A stretch of DNA of 64,000 bases, from assembly GCA_013816405.1 (NCBI GenBank), contig JACDEL010000005.1, positions 3,210-67,209 of the forward strand. The letters run 5' to 3'. This document shows positions 17,852-26,496 of the stretch, in pieces. Every line of letters starts with the position of its first letter. Position 1 is the stretch's first letter. Below the pieces are notes generated by a model that worked only from the letters and a program-made list of their open reading frames with translations, was not told where the DNA came from and did not search any database. This DNA comes from Chloroflexota bacterium (lineage in GTDB: Bacteria; Chloroflexota; Limnocylindria; QHBO01). The translations under genes were made by a program, and so were the position numbers.

Positions 17852-18736
17852 ATGAGCGACACGCCAGCTAGCCTTTTGACCGTTGCCAAGGCGATCGAGG
17901 TCGCGGCCGGCCCGGCCGAGGGTTCCCGCATCGCCGCGGTTGCCCTCCGCGAGGTGGCGAGCGTCTTGGCGGGCATCCAGTCTGCGACCGCGGAGCCGCC
18001 TGACACCGTCGAAGATCTCCACGTACAGGCCGCGGCGCTCCAAGCGGCGACTGAGCAGCTTGCCCGACTGAGCGCCGCCGTCGGGTACTGGAGCCCCCCT
18101 ATGACTGCGAGTGCCTGGGAGCGCCTCTGGCCGACACTCCTCTCCGAGCACGCCTCAACCCGTACCCATGGGATGGTGAGCGAACTCGCCGCCTACCCGG
18201 CTAGCCTGGCCGCGTACGCCTTCGGGATTGGTGCCGTTGCGGCCGGTCGATACGAACGCGTCGCGACATTGCTCAGCACGCCGATACCGTCGGACAACCG
18301 ACCTTGGCGACCGCTGATCGAGGTGGTGAGTCCTTACCTCCTGGGTGACCGTGGCGCGGTTCAGTTGCCCGGAGCGACGAGCCGCATCTGGCCATTCAGC
18401 GACCATGTGCACTCGGTGGCGCGCCCTTGGTTTGCCGACTTGGTGCCCGACGACGCTGACTTCGAGCGACAGTTCGACCGGTTCGAGACGCTGTCTGCCT
18501 TAGCGCGCTACTGGCTCGACGGGCCGCCACGCGCCGACGCGTGGGTCTACCTCGGTAGGTTGCGCCGACACGGCCGGTACCTTGACGACGCGACCGTCAA
18601 CCTGCTCACTGAACCCGGCAGGCAGTCACCGGCGACTGAGCTGCTGCGAACGCTCGGTTGCCCAGAGGACGAAATGTCGACGACCCTAGAAGACTTCCAC
18701 GCTGCGGCTCGAAAGGTGTTGGCGCAGGTCTTCTGA
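17852..18736 (+). CDS. Hypothetical protein (294 aa)
   Basis: ATG-initiated ORF, divergent from the DUF4062 gene with only a 29-bp gap. No recognised motif. A hairpin CACCAGG-ggcgt-CCTGGTG lies at 18745-18763, after the stop. Confidence 0.5.
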   Translation: MSDTPASLLTVAKAIEVAAGPAEGSRIAAVALREVASVLAGIQSATAEPPDTVEDLHVQAAALQAATEQLARLSAAVGYWSPPMTASAWERLWPTLLSEHASTRTHGMVSELAAYPASLAAYAFGIGAVAAGRYERVATLLSTPIPSDNRPWRPLIEVVSPYLLGDRGAVQLPGATSRIWPFSDHVHSVARPWFADLVPDDADFERQFDRFETLSALARYWLDGPPRADAWVYLGRLRRHGRYLDDATVNLLTEPGRQSPATELLRTLGCPEDEMSTTLEDFHAAARKVLAQVF

Positions 18737-18824
18737 GCGTCGGGCACCAGGGGCGTCCTGGTGAGAACTGCACCTGAGCTGCGCGCCTGGGGCCAGATTG
18801 CCAGGGACAGTCAGACCAATCCAC

Positions 18825-19427
18825 TCATGCGAGGCCGTGCCGGATCAGCTTCCCGATATAGGCGACCTGCTCCACCAGGACGGCGTTGTAGTCACGCGCC
18901 ATCGCCTGAATCACCCCGCGGGTCAACGGGTCGAAGCGCTTGTATCGCAGTTCTCGGTCGTAATCGTTGTGCAGGTGTTCGACGTAGACCCAGAGCCGCC
19001 ACGCTTCGGGAGGCTTGATCCAATTTTCGCCGCCATCGGGAAGCACCGGCTCGTCGGGGTCGACGACCTTGATGTCGCGAGGCTCCTGGGCAGCGGCATA
19101 CGCCTTCCGTGCCTCACGGAAGCCTGCATCCCAGCCAGGCTTGCGGGCTCGCTTCAGCAGGAGCGCGTGCAGGCTAGGGATGTAAACGTCTTCGCCCCGA
19201 GAGTCGAACTTGCGTAAGTCGACCAGAGCGTCGCGAACCTGTGCGCGTGGAGGCTCGGTGATACGAACGCCGATCGGCCCACCGCCTCCGTGGATCGCGA
19301 CCGTGCTTTTGATCCCGAGCACGCCCGATGCGGCGATCGAGTCGGCGAGACGCAAGGCGAGTTCAAGGCTCTCGTCGTCGGTTCGTCGTGGTGGGGTCCG
19401 CCCGGTCATGAAGACGATCCTAGCCAC
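18825..19427 (-). CDS. Hypothetical protein (~195-200 aa)
   Basis: The last gene of the long minus-strand block. The C-terminal half looks well-formed (ENWIKPPEAWRLWVYVEHLHNDYDRELRYKRFDPLTRGVIQAMARDYNAVLVEQVAYIGKLIRHG). The start is GTG 19427 or ATG 19409. Confidence 0.55.
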   Translation of the reverse strand: MARIVFMTGRTPPRRTDDESLELALRLADSIAASGVLGIKSTVAIHGGGGPIGVRITEPPRAQVRDALVDLRKFDSRGEDVYIPSLHALLLKRARKPGWDAGFREARKAYAAAQEPRDIKVVDPDEPVLPDGGENWIKPPEAWRLWVYVEHLHNDYDRELRYKRFDPLTRGVIQAMARDYNAVLVEQVAYIGKLIRHGLA

Positions 19428-19512
19428 CGCTTCGAGCGGAAGCGCTCACACGCGAGCCGGGTGGGCCTCGCCCACTTCGGGAGCCGTGGTCATGGGCAAG
19501 AGGCCAATGTTG

Positions 19513-20076
19513 TCAAGACCCAGCGCGGCGCCGCTCGTCATCGGGGTCCTTCAGCCAAATTCGCCCCTCGCGACGAAGGAAGCGACCTCGATACGTGGCG
19601 TTTCCGACGCGGGCGCTCACTTGGCCGCCGCGTAATTCGTGGCCGCTCCTCGGTGGCTCGAATAGGTTGCGTTCGCGGATGCGGCCGGCAATGTCGTTGG
19701 CCGTCAGCGGTTCGTCCGCGTCCAGCAGCACCCGGATGATTGCATCATGTAGGCGCCGGGGTGCCTCTGACGCGCTCCCCCTCGGCCGGTCCAATCCTGT
19801 CTTCCCTCGCTGTCGGCGGCCGGCTGGCTGAGTCCGCCTCGGGGTTGGGCGCTGAGTCGCTACCTCGGTGGGCGAGTCTGGCACACGAGCGGACTCTGCC
19901 GGGTCGCGCTCGCCGGCCCTGGGCTGCGTGGCGGCGGACGACTGCAGCCGCTCCAAGAGCTGGTTAGTCCGTTCGCCAATTGCGATCAGGCGATCGAGGC
20001 GTTCGGCGATCGCATCCATCTCAGCTCTTGCAATTGGGTCAGACCCGCGTCCGAAACGCAGAAATGGCAACCTCAT
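19513..20076 (-). CDS. Coiled-coil plus C-terminal winged-helix (HARE-HTH-like) protein
   Basis: N-terminal helix (AEMDAIAERLDRLIAIGERTNQLLERLQ), a Pro/Arg-rich linker, then LHDAIIRVLLDADEPLTANDIAGRIRERNLF...GGQVSARVGNATYRGRFLRREGRIWLKD, which resembles HARE-HTH. The ATG overlaps the upstream stop (ATGA at 20073-20076). Confidence 0.5.
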   Translation of the reverse strand: MRLPFLRFGRGSDPIARAEMDAIAERLDRLIAIGERTNQLLERLQSSAATQPRAGERDPAESARVPDSPTEVATQRPTPRRTQPAGRRQRGKTGLDRPRGSASEAPRRLHDAIIRVLLDADEPLTANDIAGRIRERNLFEPPRSGHELRGGQVSARVGNATYRGRFLRREGRIWLKDPDDERRRAGS

Positions 20077-20987
20077 GAGTCAGCAGCATACGCGGGCGTT
20101 GGCCATCCGGCCCCTCGATAAACCGGACAGCCGACGACTGCCGCCAAGGAGTCCCACTGCTCCAGAAGTGCCGCGGCGTAGATCATCAGTTCAGAAGGAA
20201 CCTGCCCGCCGAAACCAAGGTCCGGGATCCGCAGCCCTTCTACGGCCTCCCCGCCGGCAGGAAGCTTCCCGTAGAAACGATGGGTAGCGGCATTGCGCAA
20301 CTTGCCGGCATGGCGGATTAGGGGTTGGTCGTACCAGGCACGAAGTGCCGCTGGGAATGGTTCGTCTGCTGGGTCCATTTCGAACAACCGCTTCGCGTCG
20401 CGTTTGCCGTGGAACCCAGCCACCTCATCCAGCGCGGAATACCCGGCGGCCAAAATGCCTTCGAAGTGGGCTTGGATCGGGATGGGAACCTCGCGCAACG
20501 CTTCAGGCGGAGTAGCTGCCATCCAGCGCCGGAGCTGGTCGAAGTGGTAATGCGCGATCTCGACCTTGCGACACGCGGCGTTCAGCATCTCCTCGGGGTC
20601 CCTTGTCGCCGATGAGCTTCGGAGTTGGTACACCCACGCGGGGCGGCGGCTTCCTGAGACCTGGACACCGATCACGACTCGCTCGTAATCGGGTGCCTCG
20701 TAGTCGTCGAGCCTCGCCAGCAAGTTGGCGGCATGGGGGCCCGGCAACAGCACCAACTCGCCAGGTATGTCGCGATCCCCGTCTTCGTCGAACTTAAGCA
20801 CGCCGGATGGCGGAGCGGTAGCCCGGGCTACCGCGCCGCTGATCCGCTGGACCCCCGCCTCATCAAGGGCCGCGGACGCACCACTGCGGTGGAGCCGAAG
20901 GAGTCCATAGACGAACAGCGCCTCACCGTCGTCGCCAATGCTGACCGGCTCGGGTCGCGGTGACGTATCCGCGGAGATGTCCTCCAT
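20073..20987 (-). CDS. Fusion of a gamma-glutamylcyclotransferase-like (AIG2/GGACT) domain with a HEPN-like domain
   Basis: The N-terminus is ALFVYGLLRL...GELVLLPGPHAANLLARLDDYEAPDYERVVIGVQVSGSRRPAWVYQL (GGACT pattern: FVYGTL ... G.l ... LD.yE ... Y.R ... AwvY). The C-terminus has IAHYHFDQL ... AGKLRNAATHRFY, an R-x4-H HEPN signature. Confidence 0.65.
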   Translation of the reverse strand: MEDISADTSPRPEPVSIGDDGEALFVYGLLRLHRSGASAALDEAGVQRISGAVARATAPPSGVLKFDEDGDRDIPGELVLLPGPHAANLLARLDDYEAPDYERVVIGVQVSGSRRPAWVYQLRSSSATRDPEEMLNAACRKVEIAHYHFDQLRRWMAATPPEALREVPIPIQAHFEGILAAGYSALDEVAGFHGKRDAKRLFEMDPADEPFPAALRAWYDQPLIRHAGKLRNAATHRFYGKLPAGGEAVEGLRIPDLGFGGQVPSELMIYAAALLEQWDSLAAVVGCPVYRGAGWPTPAYAADS

Positions 20988-21037
20988 GGGAAGAGGCTAG
21001 CGCGTTCATGCGCCTCCGGGTCAAGGGCTGCGCTGCG

Positions 21038-21298
21038 TCAGCTGTTCTCCCCCGCCTGGAGGCCGACGCCTACGAGTTGAGCGTCCGCCATTAGGGCGGC
21101 GACAGCATCAGATCCCAGCGGGCTAAGGCACGCTGCCAGAGCTTCACGAGCGCTACGGCCAAGACCCATCTCCGGCGCACCGCTAATTTCGGCCACCGCC
21201 AACCAACGGCCGTCGAAGTTGCGCAGGCGCACGTCGACGTAGAAGTCGAGCTGCGACGCACCGATGCGGAAGTTCACGCTCATCAGCGTAGGTCGCAC
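21038..21298 (-). CDS. Small HicB/UPF0150-like protein
   Basis: DFYVDVRLRNFDGRWLAVAEISGAPEMGLGRSAREALAACLSPLG resembles the HicB N-terminal fold pattern (dG.w.A.v.e.pg....G.t.eEAl). The start is GTG 21298 or ATG 21283. Confidence 0.4.
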   Translation of the reverse strand: MRPTLMSVNFRIGASQLDFYVDVRLRNFDGRWLAVAEISGAPEMGLGRSAREALAACLSPLGSDAVAALMADAQLVGVGLQAGENS

Positions 21299-21369
21299 CG
21301 CTTACGGAGCGCTTACGGGTTCGGATATGTCCGAGGGTTGCTGCCGTCGCAACTGCCGATAGCGGGCGG

Positions 21370-22098
21370 TTAATCCTCGGGCCACCAGTCGCGGGTCAAC
21401 GGAAGCTGACCGAGTTGGATGCGGATACTCCTCCACTTCGGCAGGTGCTCGTCGAGCAATGCCATGAATGGCGCGTCATGACGCCGATGGAGCAGGTGCA
21501 GCAACTCGTGGACGACCAGGTACTCGGCAGCTGACTTGGGCTTTTTTGCCAGCTCGCTGTTGAACCACAGTCGCCGGGTCGCCGGATTGCACGACGCCCA
21601 CTTGGTCTTCATTCGCCGCACTCGCCAATCAGCCACCTCGACCCCGAGCTTCGGTTGCCACGCGGCAACCAGAGCCGGAATGAACTGCTTGAGCTGCTCT
21701 CGATACCAACCCTCCAGGATCTCGGCGCGCTTCTCGCGCGTGGCTCCCGACCGACACGTCAATTCAAGGTAGCGGCCCGCAATGCGGACCCTCGGACGGG
21801 CGGGCGCCTCAACCACACGAAGAAGGTAGCGGCGACCCAAGTAGTAGTGCGTTTCGCCGCTCACGAAGTCACGGCGTGACTCGCGGGCTTGTTCGCGGAA
21901 GCGGGCCTGCTGGCGACGGATCCATCCAAGCTTTCGCACCACGGCTACGCGGACCGCGTCAGCTGACAACCCCTCGGGCGCAGCCACCCGCACGCGGCCG
22001 TCCGGTGGGTAGACGCCGACGTGCAGGTTCTTGATGGGCTTCCGGACGACGTGAACCGGCAAACCGCGAACAGTCTCGAGTGCCGACTCAGTACTCAT
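21370..22098 (-). CDS. YgjP-like (DUF45/M48-type) zinc metallopeptidase, a common type I R-M accessory gene
   Basis: KTKWASCNPATRRLWFNSELAKKP and EYLVVHELLHLLHRRHDAPFMALLDEHLPKW (HExxH). ATG 22098 (MSTESALE) overlaps the hsdR 3' end by 11 nt. Confidence 0.8.
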   Translation of the reverse strand: MSTESALETVRGLPVHVVRKPIKNLHVGVYPPDGRVRVAAPEGLSADAVRVAVVRKLGWIRRQQARFREQARESRRDFVSGETHYYLGRRYLLRVVEAPARPRVRIAGRYLELTCRSGATREKRAEILEGWYREQLKQFIPALVAAWQPKLGVEVADWRVRRMKTKWASCNPATRRLWFNSELAKKPKSAAEYLVVHELLHLLHRRHDAPFMALLDEHLPKWRSIRIQLGQLPLTRDWWPED

Positions 22099-25000
22099 GC
22101 TGGGTAGTAACAAGTGTGAGCATGCGGTCGAGACGTTCGCCTTCGGACTCGGACGTCGCCTCATCGGCCCCGACCGCCGCTGGGGCGGCGAGCAAGGCCT
22201 CAGCGATAGCGATGCGGACGCGGCGTGTCTTCATGAGGTTGGCGCGCCAGCCATCCTGACGGCTGCGCTGGACCGCCGCGTCGACGGCAACCGCAAGTTC
22301 GGCATCGCCGCCAAGGTTGTCGTACAACGCCTGCTGCGCCGGGGTGTCGATCGCATCTGGGTACGCCGCCGTACTCGGTCCCGCTTGCGCCTCCTGGACG
22401 AGCTTGACGATCTGCTCGAGGTACTGCTCGTACTCGATCGCCTCGCGGCGGCGCTGTTCGATCAGGGCATCGAGGAGCTCGGACATCCGCTCGTAGTACT
22501 TCGGATTGATCGGGGACTCGTCGATGATCAGACGTCGGACGTTGTTCTCGATGGTCTCGGCCACCGCTTCTCGATCGGCTCGAATGCCGCCCGGGAGTTC
22601 TTCGACGAATGCTGGTCCTCGCTCGGCGATGAGCTGCATGAGGGATAGGTCGTCAAAGGCGCTGACCTGCTGACTCGGATCAGCCTGGATGTATGTATCG
22701 ATCAGGTGGCGCATGGCGGGCTCGTACATCTTCATGTCGATGTAGTCGCCGCTGGCCAGCTTTACCTCGCCGCGGACCTTCTCGAAGTGGTCGACATCGG
22801 CCTTGATCTTGGCGGCCTCCTCGGTGGTGTAGCCAGCAGCTTCCAGTTCACTCGCGATGTCGGCGTAGGCCCGGATGAGGGAGGAGACGAGCTTGTATAG
22901 CGATAGCCGCTTCGGCTCGTTGTCTTTGAGCTGCTCTGCGTTGCCAGCTTCGGCTGCGCAGAAGTAGCGCATGTAGTCGGCGGACTCGCGGGGTAGTGCG
23001 ACCGGCTCGCACAGCGCTCGGACCGCCTCCAGCTTCTCGTCGAGTCGCTCATGGGCCTTGGTCAGCCGATCCTCGAGCAGGCCGATGACGTCCTCGCGGT
23101 CGAAGGCATCAAAGGCTGCACCGGTGTAGTCCTTCACCGCACCCTCGAGGCTGCGGAACAAGTCCTTGTAGTCGACGATGTAGCCGTATTCCTTGTCGTC
23201 GGTGTCGAGGCGGTTCACGCGGCAGACCGCCTGGAACAGGCCGTGGTCACGCATCTGCTTGTCGATGTACAGGTAGGTTGCTGGCGGCGCGTCAAAGCCG
23301 GTGAGCAACATGTCCACCACGATCAGCAGCTTCATCTGACCGGGCTCGTGGAGGAATTTCTCCTTGACCTGCCTTTCGAACTCCTCCACCCGGTTCACCG
23401 CCATGTCGGCATCCTCATCGAACCAGTCCGCGAGCATGCGTCGGTAAATCTGGTACTGCTCGAGCCGCTCGGTTTCACCCTCCCCACTCTCCTCACCCTT
23501 GATCTGGGCGACGTTCGGCTCGTACGAAGTGACGATGGCGCACTTGCCGTGGAGCCCGGTTTTCTCGAACAACTCGTAGAACTTGCAGGCCTGATAGATG
23601 CTGCCAGCGACGAGAAGCGCATTGCCGCGCCCGCTGCTCAGGCGATCACGCACCTCCATGTCCATCAGAATGTCGCTCGAGATCTGCGCCAGCCGGGAGT
23701 GGCTAGACAGGACCTCCTGCATCGTGCCCCAGCGGCGTTTCAGTTGGGCCTTCGCGAGATCGGTCAGGCCGCGCGTCTTCGCCTCGAACCACTGGTCGAC
23801 CCGCTCCGGTGATGCCAGCCGCTGCTCGATGTTGCGCGCCTCGTACCGGAGGTCGAGCACGACCCCGTCCGCGACGGCTTCGTCGTACTTGTACGGATGG
23901 ATGATCGGGCCGAATACCTCGACACTGCGCTTCTTGTCCGCCTTGAGCAGCGGAGTGCCGGTAAAGCCGATAAAGGTGGCGCCCGGCAACAGCTCGTTCA
24001 TCGCCTCATGGAGAACGTTGGACTGCGACCGATGGCATTCGTCGACGAACACGACAAGTTCGCCCTTGGGCTCGAAATCCGCGGGAAGCGCGCGCTTCAA
24101 GTCAGCGATGAAGTCGGCGACCTCGGCCTCGGTAGCGTCGCCCTCGCGGCCGTGAAACTTCTGGATCAAGGTGCAGATCAGCCATCTCTGGTCCTCATTG
24201 AGGACCTTCACCAAGTCGGAGCCGCTTGAGGTGCGGTGGATCTCTTCCTCGACGCCGAAGAAAACATCTTCGACCTGCTGATCGAGTTCGGTCCGATCGG
24301 TGACGATCAGCACTCGACCGTCACGGACGTTCGCGCGGATCCACTTCGCCAGCCACACCATGATCAGGCTCTTGCCTGAACCTTGGGTGTGCCAAATGAT
24401 CCCGCCCTCGCGGCGCTGGACGAACTGCTGAGCGGCCCGGACGCCGAAGTACTGGTTGTGGCGTGCGATCTTCTTGGTGCCGGCGTCGAAGACGATGAAG
24501 TCGTGGATCATCTCCAACAGCCGGCCCTTCTCGCACAGCTGCAGAAGCGCGCGGTCCAGCGGACCCTCGACTGAGCTGGGCTCCTTCCAGCTCAGGTAGT
24601 ACTTCTCTGGGGTCTGGATCACGCCGTAACGCAGGCCCTCGGTGTCGTTGCCGGCAATGACGAGCTGCACGGTCGAAAAGAAGGGCTGGATGAAGTCGCG
24701 CTTCTGGTTGTCGAGGTTCTGACGGATCCCTTCGGAGACCGAGACGACAGACCGCTTGAGCTCCAGGACCGCCACGGCGATACCGTTGATGTAGAGCACG
24801 ACATCAGGGCGCTTGCCGTGCGCGCGCGCATCGGCGGCGCCGACAGTGACCTCCTCTGCCACGGCTAATTGGTTGCGCTCCGGATGCTCCCAGTCGATGA
24901 GGTGAACGGTTTGAGTCAGCTCGCCGACATCGGGCTTCACGTGAACGCCATAGCGAAGCAGCGAGTACACGTCGCGATTGCGGTCATACAGGCTGCGCGT

Positions 25001-25219
25001 GGCGTTGTCGGCCGCCCTGCGAAGCTGGTAGAGCGCTCGGGTGATGAGCTCTTCCTCGTAGCCCTGGTCCCGGAGGTATGGAACGAGAAGGCCCTCCTCA
25101 ATGTTGCTGTTGTTCTCCCGCTCGGCCCAATCTCCGAGATAGTCGTAGCCAAGCAGCTCGGCCAGCAACCTCACTACCCGGTTCTGGGTGCGACGCTCGA
25201 TCTGCCCGACGATGCTCAC
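22088..25219 (-). CDS. hsdR: Type I restriction enzyme R subunit
   Basis: 1043 aa. It has an N-terminal nuclease region, the SF2 motor (HTQGSGKSLIMVWLA, VVFVDECHRSQ, FTGTPL) and a C-terminal helical domain. It overlaps hsdS by 4 nt. Confidence 0.95.
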   Translation of the reverse strand: MSIVGQIERRTQNRVVRLLAELLGYDYLGDWAERENNSNIEEGLLVPYLRDQGYEEELITRALYQLRRAADNATRSLYDRNRDVYSLLRYGVHVKPDVGELTQTVHLIDWEHPERNQLAVAEEVTVGAADARAHGKRPDVVLYINGIAVAVLELKRSVVSVSEGIRQNLDNQKRDFIQPFFSTVQLVIAGNDTEGLRYGVIQTPEKYYLSWKEPSSVEGPLDRALLQLCEKGRLLEMIHDFIVFDAGTKKIARHNQYFGVRAAQQFVQRREGGIIWHTQGSGKSLIMVWLAKWIRANVRDGRVLIVTDRTELDQQVEDVFFGVEEEIHRTSSGSDLVKVLNEDQRWLICTLIQKFHGREGDATEAEVADFIADLKRALPADFEPKGELVVFVDECHRSQSNVLHEAMNELLPGATFIGFTGTPLLKADKKRSVEVFGPIIHPYKYDEAVADGVVLDLRYEARNIEQRLASPERVDQWFEAKTRGLTDLAKAQLKRRWGTMQEVLSSHSRLAQISSDILMDMEVRDRLSSGRGNALLVAGSIYQACKFYELFEKTGLHGKCAIVTSYEPNVAQIKGEESGEGETERLEQYQIYRRMLADWFDEDADMAVNRVEEFERQVKEKFLHEPGQMKLLIVVDMLLTGFDAPPATYLYIDKQMRDHGLFQAVCRVNRLDTDDKEYGYIVDYKDLFRSLEGAVKDYTGAAFDAFDREDVIGLLEDRLTKAHERLDEKLEAVRALCEPVALPRESADYMRYFCAAEAGNAEQLKDNEPKRLSLYKLVSSLIRAYADIASELEAAGYTTEEAAKIKADVDHFEKVRGEVKLASGDYIDMKMYEPAMRHLIDTYIQADPSQQVSAFDDLSLMQLIAERGPAFVEELPGGIRADREAVAETIENNVRRLIIDESPINPKYYERMSELLDALIEQRRREAIEYEQYLEQIVKLVQEAQAGPSTAAYPDAIDTPAQQALYDNLGGDAELAVAVDAAVQRSRQDGWRANLMKTRRVRIAIAEALLAAPAAVGADEATSESEGERLDRMLTLVTTQHEY

Positions 25220-26496
25220 ACGAGCACCCCGTCGCGTCCGGTGGAGCGGTCGTCCGCTGCCAAGCGTGTCTTTCCGGAGAGGAGCTGGTCCGCCATACCC
25301 TTTCGGATCAGCAGCGCCTTCCCTGCACGCTGCCGGAGTGCAAAGACGTCGGCATCCATTTCCGCCAATACGCCCGCGATGGCTCGCTGTTCATCCAATG
25401 GCGGGACCGCCACGAGCAAGCGACGGACGTCGCCACTGTTGATGGCCGGGTAATTCGACCCGCTTAATAGCGCGTCGATCTGGCGGGCGATGTCGTCGCC
25501 CATCATTTGATAGAAGATGAAGCGGGGGTCAGCACCGCCGGGTCGGCCCCGGATAACAGCAAACCCGGTCGAGCAGATCCACGGGCCGCCTCCGTCCTCG
25601 GTGAAGAGCAAGTGGGATTTCAAGTTTGGTCGAACCGTGCCCACGAGGACGTCATTCGGTCTCACGCGGCGGCGGGCACGCGATGGAGCTGAGGTGAACG
25701 CCTGTTTTGAGTGCCCTACGAGGCGCCCCCGATCAACGTCCTCGAGAGAGATGTAGCGAAAGTTGAAGTCGGGCGGCGTTCCAGACCCAAGGTTTTCTGG
25801 ATCGACGTCCGCCAATTGCTGAATTGGGAGCGACTCCCACGGTTCGGCATACCCAGGCAAGCGACGCCTGCCGGTCAGGAGCTGCTGGGCGGTCGCTTCC
25901 CGGAGAGCGACCTTCTTCCTGATGATGTCTCCAAGCGCGCCTATCCAGCCCTGAGCATCGGACAGCGCGTAGGCGATGCGGCGCTGGTCCGCTGTGTGGT
26001 CCGGTACGAGCACCCGGAGTTGCTCCAGTCTTCGGCGCTGGATGCCGGTCGCCGTCGAACCGCTTGCGTTCTCGGCAAGGAGGCGTTGGAAGCGTTCGCC
26101 TTGGAGCGCAAAGTAGATGTACTCCGGCACCGCCGCCGACGCGTCAACTCGGAGCATCACCGTACGCTGACTCAGAATGTACCGCCGGTCGTCCGAGATG
26201 AGGGCAACGTTGCCAAGCGGAGCCTCCGTAGTCATGACGATGTCTCCGGCTCGGATATCTCCACGCGTCATCCAACGCCGGTAGAGCGCATCCGACCCGT
26301 AGTTGGTGCCTTCGCCAAGGTCGACAAGCCCACGCTTCACGTTCCGGGCCGACAGGGCCGGGATCCCGCCTCCACCCCACTCCATCCCGAGCTTCTTCGG
26401 CGTGCGCCCGCGATAGTCCATGATCATGGTCGTGAGCTCCGCAATGCTCCGCAGCCTCCAACCGTCCGGCACGCTCGATCCAGTGAGTCCGTTCAT
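25216..26496 (-). CDS. hsdS: Type I R-M specificity subunit
   Basis: Two target-recognition halves, each followed by the conserved helix (PDHTADQRRIAYALSD... and VPPLDEQRAIAGVLAEMD...). There are 4-nt overlaps on both sides. Confidence 0.9.
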   Translation of the reverse strand: MNGLTGSSVPDGWRLRSIAELTTMIMDYRGRTPKKLGMEWGGGGIPALSARNVKRGLVDLGEGTNYGSDALYRRWMTRGDIRAGDIVMTTEAPLGNVALISDDRRYILSQRTVMLRVDASAAVPEYIYFALQGERFQRLLAENASGSTATGIQRRRLEQLRVLVPDHTADQRRIAYALSDAQGWIGALGDIIRKKVALREATAQQLLTGRRRLPGYAEPWESLPIQQLADVDPENLGSGTPPDFNFRYISLEDVDRGRLVGHSKQAFTSAPSRARRRVRPNDVLVGTVRPNLKSHLLFTEDGGGPWICSTGFAVIRGRPGGADPRFIFYQMMGDDIARQIDALLSGSNYPAINSGDVRRLLVAVPPLDEQRAIAGVLAEMDADVFALRQRAGKALLIRKGMADQLLSGKTRLAADDRSTGRDGVLV

